Positions 54,304-62,396 of a DNA stretch of 64,000 nt are shown here, in pieces. Under the pieces are notes generated by a model, which saw only the letters and a program-made list of their open reading frames with translations, was not told where the DNA came from and made no database searches. This DNA is from a virus (Duplodnaviria; Heunggongvirae; Uroviricota; Caudoviricetes): IMG/VR virus record IMGVR_UViG_3300032103_000073. The stretch is one strand, 5' to 3'. Numbering within the stretch: position 1 is the stretch's first letter; every line of letters starts with the position of its first letter. The position numbers were made by a program, and so were the translations under genes.

Positions 54304-54380
54304 AACTAATAATGCCCCGGTGGTGGAATTGGTAGACACGCTACGTTGAGGTCGTAGCATTTGCAGGTTCGAGTCCTGTC
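54304..54380 (+). tRNA. class-I tRNA with Leu anticodon GAG (G37)
   Basis: 5' half resembles E. coli tRNA-Leu (TGGTGGAATTGGTAGACAC) but the variable loop is only 4-5 nt. Confidence 0.55.
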
Positions 54381-54432
54381 CAGGGTACCATTGAATGTAA
54401 AGTTAAATACATATGTAAACAAAGGAGTAATC

Positions 54433-54993
54433 ATGTCTGTACTAGCACTCGACATTTCTGGAATCCCACGTCAGTGGATTTCCTTTGATGACGCTATCAC
54501 TTACCACGCCAAAGATGCAGTAGCATGGAGCATGGGAGAAGTAGTAGCGAAGTATCGCGGTGGCTTACAAAATGATGGATCTGAAAGTTACTTGGAAACC
54601 ACTAGCATTATTGCTATTAAGGGTCACGGATTTAATCCCCATAAGCACGGAACTGTGGCGTTGAGCAACCGAACATTGTTTGGTCGTGACCGCAACACTT
54701 GTGCCTACTGCGGGGGTCATTTCCCTAACTATCACCTGTTGAGTAGGGATCATATTGTTCCTAAATATCACGGCGGTGAAAATACTTGGATGAACTGTGT
54801 TACGGCTTGCAAGGAATGTAACAGCAAAAAAGGACATAAGACTTTGAAAGAAGCTCGTATGGAATTGCTCTACGTGCCATATGCACCTAACCACTTTGAA
54901 AATATGATTTTGCAAAACCGAAGCATCATGGCGGATCAGATGGAATATTTGATCCAAGGTGTGCCTAAGCACAGCAGGATCCTGCTTTCATAG
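54433..54993 (+). CDS. HNH endonuclease
   Basis: CAYCGGHF...DHIVPKYHGGENTWMNCVTACKECNSKK; SD GGAG before ATG 54433. Confidence 0.75.
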   Translation: MSVLALDISGIPRQWISFDDAITYHAKDAVAWSMGEVVAKYRGGLQNDGSESYLETTSIIAIKGHGFNPHKHGTVALSNRTLFGRDRNTCAYCGGHFPNYHLLSRDHIVPKYHGGENTWMNCVTACKECNSKKGHKTLKEARMELLYVPYAPNHFENMILQNRSIMADQMEYLIQGVPKHSRILLS

Positions 54994-55005
54994 ATTGAGG
55001 GTGAT

Positions 55006-55218
55006 TTATTTCCCCCGAAGTTTAGCCCTGGCGTTGACGACTCTTTTAATACGGTTTCTCAAGTTGTTTTCGAGAATCCAATCATTTCTAAGCTCGTCAG
55101 CTAACATACCAAGTAAGAATCCTAACTCCCATATTAGGCGTTCTTGCTTGGTTTTCTCGCCGTGATCAACTAGGGCCAGTTGCTCTTGTATAAGTTTAAC
55201 TGCTTGTTCTAGTTTCAT
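55006..55218 (-). CDS. hypothetical small protein
   Basis: minus-strand 70-aa ORF. Confidence 0.35.
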   Translation of the reverse strand: MKLEQAVKLIQEQLALVDHGEKTKQERLIWELGFLLGMLADELRNDWILENNLRNRIKRVVNARAKLRGK

Positions 55219-55280
55219 ATTAAATATTTACCAAAATTTAGTAGGTAAGCGTCAATAAATATCAACACAAGGAGAATACC

Positions 55281-55952
55281 ATGAAACGTATCATCGAAAT
55301 CAGAGCCGCCGAGGGCGGAGAAGATAGTAAACTATTTGTTAAAGATTTGGCACAAGCATATATTAAGTTCGCACAAAGCAAGGGCTGAGCTACCCGCCTG
55401 ATAGGTGAGTATCAAGGCGAACTTCATATTGAAGTCCAGGGTACTGATTTATCCGGCTTGTATAACGAAAGCGGAGGACATCGCATACAGCGAATTCCGC
55501 CCACAGAACGAAAAGGCCGAGTGCATACCAGCACAGTCACAGTTGCCATCGTAGATCCCGCAGAAGTTGCTTTAGAATTAAAGGACTCTGATTTACGAAT
55601 AGAATGGTACAGTGGTACAGGCGCCGGCGGGCAGCACAGGAACAAGCACCAAAACTCGTGCCGCATTACACACATTCCTTCTGGCATAGTTGCAACAGCA
55701 CAATGTCGCTCAAGGGAAAACAGTTTAGCGGAAGCACGAAGCGCGATTGTTGCCCGTGTAAACGAACAAGTTAAAAAACAGTTTACAGATGGGCTAGCAC
55801 AAAATAGGCGTGAGCAAGTGGGCTCTGGCATGCGAGGAGACAAAATTCGCACTTACAGATTCCAAGACGACAGGGTGCAGGACCATGTAACAAGCAAAAC
55901 AGCCAGTACTAAAAAAGTATTACAAGGCAACTTTGACTTGCTGTGGGCTTAA
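55281..55952 (+). CDS. RF1-like peptide chain release factor (domains 2-4) interrupted by an in-frame TGA at 55386-55388
   Basis: strong SD; GGQ motif SGTGAGGQHRNK; PxT-type tripeptide (PPT); ESGGHRIQRIP; a single reading frame across the TGA. Confidence 0.65.
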
Positions 55953-55953
55953 A

Positions 55954-55982
55954 TTGGCACAAATTGGCTTTGGTGCTATAAT
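55954..55982 (+). promoter_or_regulatory. conserved early promoter plus UTR cassette
   Basis: before ATG 56015. Confidence 0.75.
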
Positions 55983-56014
55983 ACATACATAGCAAAACAA
56001 AACAGGAGTTAGAG

Positions 56015-56245
56015 ATGGACCGCACACTGTACCGCATTTATGCTCGCAATGAGGATTCTGATCGTGTTGTTATGTACGAAACAGATATGAACGGTATGTA
56101 TATGGACCGCTTTTACGACTTCGGTGCTATGAGCGTGTTTGATGTTAAGCGAGTCCTTAACACCTACGATGGCATCGACCCCAAAATTGAAAGTGTTTCT
56201 AAAACTGAATTCACTAAAAAGTTCGGTAAAGCATTCGCACTGTAA
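56015..56245 (+). CDS. hypothetical protein
   Basis: ORF. Confidence 0.5.
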   Translation: MDRTLYRIYARNEDSDRVVMYETDMNGMYMDRFYDFGAMSVFDVKRVLNTYDGIDPKIESVSKTEFTKKFGKAFAL

Positions 56246-56256
56246 GGAACTGACAA

Positions 56257-56627
56257 TGGCAAGCCTGTTCGTTATCCGCGAAAAGAACACTAACACCTAC
56301 TGCACTGGTAGCAATCGTTGCACTTTTAATGCCGACCTGCAAAGTGCGGCTATGTTTAACAAGCGTGAAAACGCAGAGAAAGCGGCTCGTACGATGTTTG
56401 CCAAGGCTGACAAAGGTGAGGTAAACCGCTACGGTGGATGGACTTGGGAAGTCTACAACGAAGATGGCACTGTTCAACACTTCCATCACGCACACCTAAA
56501 GGCCTACATCGAACTCCTGCGGAACAGCACAAACGATCACACTGACCGTATCAAATGGATCGAAGAAGAAGTTAAAGAACAACGATGCGAAATGGAAGTC
56601 CTGGAAGTAAAGTTATCTTTGATTTAA
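56257..56627 (+). CDS. hypothetical protein
   Basis: ATG 56257 after SD AAGGAA. Confidence 0.5.
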
Positions 56628-56633
56628 TAATAT

Positions 56634-56885
56634 ATGAAAGACATTGTTAAGCAAGAACTGGCGGTTGGGAATATGGTTGTTTTTAACCCGCCAAAATACA
56701 AAGGCTTGGTCACAGGCACGGTTGTCGGCTTCACTCCCAAAATGATTAAAGTGAAATACTCAGCCGCTTGGGTTAGCAATTGGGTCGATGGTCAACGAGT
56801 CAATTGGGATATTACTAATGTTTACCCTACAGATGTTATGAAAGTTGACGAACAATTGGCATTTATTCATACATTGAGTGTTTAA
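56634..56885 (+). CDS. hypothetical small protein (KOW/SH3-like paralog group)
   Basis: paralog of 9928. Confidence 0.45.
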   Translation: MKDIVKQELAVGNMVVFNPPKYKGLVTGTVVGFTPKMIKVKYSAAWVSNWVDGQRVNWDITNVYPTDVMKVDEQLAFIHTLSV

Positions 56886-56914
56886 TTGGCACAAATTGGT
56901 TTTGGTGCTATAAT
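56886..56914 (+). promoter_or_regulatory. conserved early promoter
   Basis: before ATG 56946. Confidence 0.7.
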
Positions 56915-56945
56915 ACTTGTATAGTAAGAAGCAAAGGATAACACA

Positions 56946-57152
56946 ATGGGTTTTGAAACAGTGGTTCTGGACAAGGTTGCACGAGTTCTTAAAAACGACA
57001 ACTCTGCAAGTTTCTTCTGCGGTACGCTGAGTGTTATTTGTACACGAGCAGAAGCCCGCACAGTCCTGCATCAGCTGAACAAGGACTACAACAACAAGGT
57101 AGAGATGAGCAAAGATGGCTCGTATGGCTACCTATTTGATTTTACTGCATAA
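56946..57152 (+). CDS. hypothetical protein
   Basis: ORF. Confidence 0.45.
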   Translation: MGFETVVLDKVARVLKNDNSASFFCGTLSVICTRAEARTVLHQLNKDYNNKVEMSKDGSYGYLFDFTA

Positions 57153-57161
57153 GGAATAAAA

Positions 57162-57725
57162 ATGCCCTGGATACAAAATGTCAGCATGAGCGATGTCAAG
57201 CGCGGCTTGCATTTCGAGGCCGGCGAAAATAGCATGCTGATTCAGATTGTTGACCCAGCATATGAGTTTCCTGCACCGTTGAAGCAGTTTAAAGAAGTTC
57301 ATCAGTTTGAATTTCTCGATGTAGAAGCAACTGACTTGGAGTTTGCAGAGTTTGCCTGCACACAAGAGCAAGCAGACCGCTTGGTGGAACTGCTAACTCA
57401 TGCTATGGACAAACGCATGAACGTTCTCGTGCATTGCCATGCAGGTGTTTGCCGCAGTGGTGCAGTCTGCGAAGTAGGTGTTATGATGGGATTTAGCGAC
57501 ACAGAAGTGTTTCGCAGTCCTAACCTGCTGGTCAAGCACTTAATGATGAAGCGACTTGGATGGACCTATGATGCCGATGAAAAGCATAGCACAAACGGCT
57601 ATACTACTCCCAGCGGCATTATTGTTCCCAAGCAAGAATTAGATTGGACAAACGATAACGAAAAGGTGTTTACACTGGCTGATGCCCGGCGCAAGTATCG
57701 TTTTAACACCGGAGAAGATGTATGA
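57162..57725 (+). CDS. protein tyrosine/dual-specificity phosphatase
   Basis: CX5R P-loop VHCHAGVCRSG. Confidence 0.65.
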   Translation: MPWIQNVSMSDVKRGLHFEAGENSMLIQIVDPAYEFPAPLKQFKEVHQFEFLDVEATDLEFAEFACTQEQADRLVELLTHAMDKRMNVLVHCHAGVCRSGAVCEVGVMMGFSDTEVFRSPNLLVKHLMMKRLGWTYDADEKHSTNGYTTPSGIIVPKQELDWTNDNEKVFTLADARRKYRFNTGEDV

Positions 57726-58057
57726 GCAAGCGACTGATTTTAGATTGCAAAGCAAAGTATTACGTTGACTTTGATGATTTTGACGGCAAGACTCCCGAGG
57801 AGATCATCGAGACTATGCAAGCACTCCGTGCAGAAGTAGGCACCGATGATGTGTACTACTCCATCGAAAGCTATGGATACGATGGCGGCAAGGAACTGAC
57901 TTTGCGCGAACGCCGCGAGGAAACTGACAAGGAATACAACAAGCGCATCGCAGAAGAAAAGAAAGTTAAGGCCAAAGCAAAAGAAGCCAAGGCTACAAAG
58001 GAAGCTAAAGAGCTAGCTGAGTTTTTGCGTTTGAAGAAGAAGTTCGAAAAGGCTTAA
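57722..58057 (+). CDS. hypothetical Lys/Glu-rich protein
   Basis: ORF. Confidence 0.45.
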   Translation: MSKRLILDCKAKYYVDFDDFDGKTPEEIIETMQALRAEVGTDDVYYSIESYGYDGGKELTLRERREETDKEYNKRIAEEKKVKAKAKEAKATKEAKELAEFLRLKKKFEKA

Positions 58058-58058
58058 T

Positions 58059-58289
58059 ATGGATAAACTAGAAAAAATTCTCAGCAAGTCACCTGAAGAA
58101 AAGAAAATTCATCGGCTGGAGCGAGAAATCGAAAAGTATAAAGATCAAATTAAAGATTTGGAAAAAGAAAACGCTCTGTTAGAAAAAAGTGTTGCTTCGG
58201 AACGAGAATGGCGCAGGGATTTCCAACGCCTAATGAAGGCAGCAGTGCATGAAGATAATTTAACAGACTATGAACGGAGATATTGGTAA
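58059..58289 (+). CDS. hypothetical coiled-coil protein
   Basis: ORF. Confidence 0.4.
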   Translation: MDKLEKILSKSPEEKKIHRLEREIEKYKDQIKDLEKENALLEKSVASEREWRRDFQRLMKAAVHEDNLTDYERRYW

Positions 58290-58520
58290 TTGTTTAAGGT
58301 AATTTACAATAACGTCGAGCAAGAGTTCGACACATTAGATTTGGCAATGAGGCATGCAAAACTGCTCAATGCCTTTGTCACAATTAAAAGCGACACGTTT
58401 GAAATTGTAGGCAAGTTTGGAGTAGATAGTGTCCGAGACGGACGATGTCCCGACGGCGTTGTCTACGACTGGAATAAAGCAAGTCGTATCGGTCGTGTTA
58501 AGAAAGAACGGGTAGTATAA
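58290..58520 (+). CDS. hypothetical protein
   Basis: ORF. Confidence 0.4.
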   Translation: MFKVIYNNVEQEFDTLDLAMRHAKLLNAFVTIKSDTFEIVGKFGVDSVRDGRCPDGVVYDWNKASRIGRVKKERVV

Positions 58521-58536
58521 AGTACTACCTTTTTAT

Positions 58537-58565
58537 TTGACACTAATTGGTTTTGGACATATAAT
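58537..58565 (+). promoter_or_regulatory. conserved early promoter
   Basis: before ATG 58594. Confidence 0.7.
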
Positions 58566-58593
58566 AACTGTATTAAACAGAAAGGAGCACGAT

Positions 58594-58806
58594 ATGACTA
58601 GATTCTTCTGGCAAGATGCCAAAGGTCTCAAAGCCGATGTTGAACGTCATCGTGCTAAAGAGGCTGAACTGGATGCTCGTATCGCAGAACTCGAAGGCAA
58701 AGATGATCCTATGAGCATCGCAGCCATGCGAGTGTATCGCAGATTTCGTGCGCAACTGCAACAAAGCAAGGCTGATGTTGTAAGCAAGATTGGAAAAAGA
58801 AAATGA
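58594..58806 (+). CDS. hypothetical protein
   Basis: ORF. Confidence 0.45.
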   Translation: MTRFFWQDAKGLKADVERHRAKEAELDARIAELEGKDDPMSIAAMRVYRRFRAQLQQSKADVVSKIGKRK

Positions 58807-59345
58807 AAAAATGGATCACCTCGGATTTACATTTCGGGCATGCCAATATTATGAAGTTCTGCCCGGTGACCCGTGTGGGATTCACCGATGTGACAGACAT
58901 GCGAGAACAGATGATCGCAGAATGGAATGCAAGTGTTGCACCAGAAGATGAAACATTTATCTTGGGCGACTTTGCATTTTTGCCTGCGAAAGATGCGGTT
59001 GCTATTCTGCGTAGACTAAATGGCACAAAGATTTTGATTGAAGGCAATCACGACCGCAAACTGTTGAACGACCCGAGCTTCCGCGGGGAGTTTAAAGAAG
59101 TACATCAGTACTTGCGTTATAATCATGAAGGTACTACTGTGATTATGTTGCACTACCCTATCTGGGAGTGGGATCAAATGCATCGCGGTAGTGTGCATTT
59201 TTATGGGCATGTGCATGGCGCAAAGACTGGCATGGAAAAGTATCGTGCCCGTGATGTAGCGTTTGACGCTACGGGACGAGTCGTTAGTAACTTGGATGCT
59301 ATGATTGCAGATGCATTAAAGGGCGAAATTCGCAGTCATCACTAA
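58803..59345 (+). CDS. metallophosphoesterase (Ser/Thr phosphatase-like)
   Basis: SDLHFGH, GDFAF, GNHDRK and GHVHG motifs. Confidence 0.65.
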   Translation: MKKWITSDLHFGHANIMKFCPVTRVGFTDVTDMREQMIAEWNASVAPEDETFILGDFAFLPAKDAVAILRRLNGTKILIEGNHDRKLLNDPSFRGEFKEVHQYLRYNHEGTTVIMLHYPIWEWDQMHRGSVHFYGHVHGAKTGMEKYRARDVAFDATGRVVSNLDAMIADALKGEIRSHH

Positions 59346-59362
59346 ACAATTTCGGAGCATAC

Positions 59363-59770
59363 ATGGTGCTTTCTAAAAACAGCTTAAACAAACTAAAGTC
59401 CAGTATGATGTCATCGGATTCGAGTGCAGATTATGCTGGACCTGTTTATAACTATTTGGTCTACGGTTTCCATCCGGGTAGCTTTTTTCGAGCACTGTTA
59501 GCTAACGATTTTATGAGTGCAATTGCTCACAGTCATCCTGCTAACAGCGTATATGAGCTTAAAAAGCTAGTAGGATGGCTATGTCAAACTTTCCCACCCG
59601 ATGTTGTTTATGGTAATTATGAAGTAGTAGAAGGTTGGTGCAAGAAAACTGACGAAGAACGGTATCAAGTATTACTAGATGCTAAACTTGTATACGATAA
59701 AGAAACTGAAATGATGCTAATCCTACAGGGAAAACTGCAAGCAGATGTACGGGAAATCGAATTTGTTTAA
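59363..59770 (+). CDS. hypothetical protein
   Basis: ORF. Confidence 0.45.
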   Translation: MVLSKNSLNKLKSSMMSSDSSADYAGPVYNYLVYGFHPGSFFRALLANDFMSAIAHSHPANSVYELKKLVGWLCQTFPPDVVYGNYEVVEGWCKKTDEERYQVLLDAKLVYDKETEMMLILQGKLQADVREIEFV

Positions 59771-59799
59771 TTGACACAAATTCGGTTTGGCGTTATAAT
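59771..59799 (+). promoter_or_regulatory. conserved early promoter
   Basis: before ATG 59830. Confidence 0.7.
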
Positions 59800-59829
59800 A
59801 CTTGTATAGTAAGAAACAAGGAGTCAGTC

Positions 59830-60366
59830 ATGGAAGATTTTACCATGGATCAAAGCGGTATGGATATCGTGCGTAAGGCACAAGTCTATGCCATGGCTGC
59901 TCATGCGGCTGTTGGACAAAAGCGTAAGTACACCAACGAACCCTACATTGTTCACCCTGCAGAAGTTGCCAGCATCGTTGCCAGTGTTCCCGGTAGTACT
60001 CCTGACATGGTTGCGGCCGCGTGGCTTCATGACGTTATCGAGGATACTGGTTGCACATTTACTGATGTGCATATGGCTTTTGGTATCGACATTGCTACTC
60101 TCGTTGGCTGGTTGACTGATGTGAGCCGGCCCGAAGATGGCAATCGTGCCCACCGCAAGGCTATGGACCGTGAGCATACTGCACAAGCACCTGCTGAGGC
60201 ACAGACCATCAAGTTGGCTGACCTTATCAGCAACAGCCGTAGCATCATGCAACATGACCCGGAGTTTGCAAAGACTTACCTCGAAGAAAAGCGTCAGCTT
60301 CTTGCAGTTATGACCAAGGGTGACCGCAGTCTTCATGCAGAAGCTAGCAAGTTTGTTGGAGTTTGA
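59830..60366 (+). CDS. HD-domain phosphohydrolase
   Basis: H..H...HPAEV and WLHDVIEDT (H-HD-D metal ligands). Confidence 0.6.
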   Translation: MEDFTMDQSGMDIVRKAQVYAMAAHAAVGQKRKYTNEPYIVHPAEVASIVASVPGSTPDMVAAAWLHDVIEDTGCTFTDVHMAFGIDIATLVGWLTDVSRPEDGNRAHRKAMDREHTAQAPAEAQTIKLADLISNSRSIMQHDPEFAKTYLEEKRQLLAVMTKGDRSLHAEASKFVGV

Positions 60367-60367
60367 A

Positions 60368-60634
60368 ATGAACGAACAAATGCTGGAACTTTATAGACGG
60401 GCTCAAGTGCCGTATACTGCTATTGACCCGTCTAATAATATGCCTTATGAGACAACTACTTTTAGTGCGGAAAAGTTCGCCGAGTTGATTGTTCGGGAAT
60501 GTTTGAACCAATTACAAGAATTAACGCCACTGAAAATTTCCAATGAAGAACACCAGAAATTAGTTGATGCTACACATATAGCGGCAGTGAGTATCGGTGT
60601 TGCTAAGATTAAACATCATTTCGGAGTTGAATAA
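60368..60634 (+). CDS. FAELIVREC-family small protein
   Basis: KFAELIVRECLNQ...HHFGVE. Confidence 0.55.
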   Translation: MNEQMLELYRRAQVPYTAIDPSNNMPYETTTFSAEKFAELIVRECLNQLQELTPLKISNEEHQKLVDATHIAAVSIGVAKIKHHFGVE

Positions 60635-61179
60635 TGAAGTTAGTTTTAATTCGAGGATTGCCCGGTTCGGGTAAAAGCACAATGGCACAAACTTTGTGCT
60701 ATAGCCCAGACTGGGTACATCAAGAAGCAGATCAGTTTTGGATGCATAACGGAGAGTACCGTTTTGATGCCGCTCGGTTGCGCGAAGCTCACGAATGGTG
60801 TCAATCTAAGACTCGCGAAGCATTGGCCGCAGGCTGTGATGTTGTGGTCTCTAACACCTTTACTACCATCAAAGAACTGCGTCCTTACTTTGACATTGCA
60901 AAAGAATTTAACATTGTGCCCAATGTATTTGTAGCACAAAACGACTTTGGTAGTGTTCACAATGTTCCTGCTGAGACTTTGGCTAAGATGCGTGAGCGTT
61001 TTCAGTTCAATATTGACAGCCTGTTTGCAGAGTACCGGCCTGCAAAGGTTATCCCTATTGCTGTAGACGGGGAAGATGGATGGCACACTTGTCCCTACAA
61101 GATGGAAATCCACGACGACTTCGAGTCGCTGTGTCAATGTTCAGATGAACAAGAGCACGAATGTGCTATGGATGTTTAA
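60634..61179 (+). CDS. P-loop polynucleotide-kinase-like protein
   Basis: Walker A GLPGSGKST; PNK/zeta-toxin-type kinase fold size. Confidence 0.55.
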   Translation: MKLVLIRGLPGSGKSTMAQTLCYSPDWVHQEADQFWMHNGEYRFDAARLREAHEWCQSKTREALAAGCDVVVSNTFTTIKELRPYFDIAKEFNIVPNVFVAQNDFGSVHNVPAETLAKMRERFQFNIDSLFAEYRPAKVIPIAVDGEDGWHTCPYKMEIHDDFESLCQCSDEQEHECAMDV

Positions 61180-61180
61180 T

Positions 61181-61429
61181 ATGGGCTGGGTAGTTTATGC
61201 TAAAGGCGATGGAGAAATTCTTCGCTATTACAAGTCGGAGAAGGCAGCACAGAGCCAAGTCACAGGACACAATAAAAAACTGTTTCTGGACATCCTGCAT
61301 AACGGCCATAGTCGTTATGAAAGTCGCAAGGAGTGGGCATACTGCAACTGGCACGACTTTGAAGAAGTTTATAAAAAGTATTATGAACATAACAAGCACC
61401 ATATGCTGGTTATGAGCTCATTTCGCTAG
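61181..61429 (+). CDS. hypothetical protein
   Basis: probable ATG 61181 (track from 61076). Confidence 0.4.
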   Translation: MGWVVYAKGDGEILRYYKSEKAAQSQVTGHNKKLFLDILHNGHSRYESRKEWAYCNWHDFEEVYKKYYEHNKHHMLVMSSFR

Positions 61430-61439
61430 AGTCGAAAAA

Positions 61440-61468
61440 TAGACATAAATCGGTTTGAGTGTTATAAT
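61440..61468 (+). promoter_or_regulatory. promoter (TAGACA-N17-TATAAT)
   Basis: before ATG 61497. Confidence 0.55.
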
Positions 61469-61496
61469 ACTTTTTTGCATAAAATAGAGTTATATA

Positions 61497-62396
61497 ATGT
61501 TTAAAGACGAATTGAAAAAGTATGTAGAGACTTCGGGCTTAGTGAACATGAAGCCCGCTGGGGACGGAATCTTTGTTCTCAAGTATCGCAAAAAAGTTTT
61601 TTATGACAATCTTTGGGACGAGTATCTGGAACACTGCCGCGGGTCAGTGATTGATAAAGACTTTAATCTAATCTCTTATCCGTTTCAGAAAATCTACAAC
61701 TATGGTATCGAAAAGGAAGCACCTGTGCTAGCGGACGACACTGAAGTTTTAGCATATCGCAAAGTCAATGGCTTTATGGTAGCCATGACTTGGTACAATG
61801 GCGACATCTTAGTTTCAACTACAGGTTCTACAGACAGTCCTTATGTTACTATGGCAAAAGAAATGATGTTGACTCATCAATCTTGGGCAGACTGGCAGTT
61901 GGCACTTAACCGTTCAGACATGGATGGCATGACCGTTATGTTTGAGTGTGTTCATCATAACGACCCGCACATCATTCCAGAAAAGCCAGGTATGTATGTA
62001 TTAGGCTATCGTAACAACCAGTTTGGTTCTAAAGTGGGGCACGATCCTTGCGTATTGCAAGACTTGGCGATTGCATTTAACTGCCACAAGCCAGAAAGCG
62101 TAACAGCGTCCATGACGGCAATAAAGAACTTGGCCAAGGAATGCAAGCACGAAGGGTTTGTATTCTATACCGCTGATGGTGTAAGTGCTAAGATCAAGTC
62201 GCCATACTACTTGACTTCAAAGTGGGTTGCTCGCAATCCACGTACAGATAAGTTAGTAGACTTGAACAAGGACATCAAGCACAATATCGACGAGGAGTAT
62301 TATGGGCTCATCGACGCAATCCGATTAAACATCGCGGCTTACACCGCGATGAATGAACAGGAAAGATTAGAGTGGGTTCGTAAGTTCCTCGGATAA
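61497..62396 (+). CDS. ATP-dependent RNA ligase-like nucleotidyltransferase
   Basis: motif I KVNGF; EGFVFY (motif IV); K-x-K (motif V). Confidence 0.6.
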   Translation: MFKDELKKYVETSGLVNMKPAGDGIFVLKYRKKVFYDNLWDEYLEHCRGSVIDKDFNLISYPFQKIYNYGIEKEAPVLADDTEVLAYRKVNGFMVAMTWYNGDILVSTTGSTDSPYVTMAKEMMLTHQSWADWQLALNRSDMDGMTVMFECVHHNDPHIIPEKPGMYVLGYRNNQFGSKVGHDPCVLQDLAIAFNCHKPESVTASMTAIKNLAKECKHEGFVFYTADGVSAKIKSPYYLTSKWVARNPRTDKLVDLNKDIKHNIDEEYYGLIDAIRLNIAAYTAMNEQERLEWVRKFLG

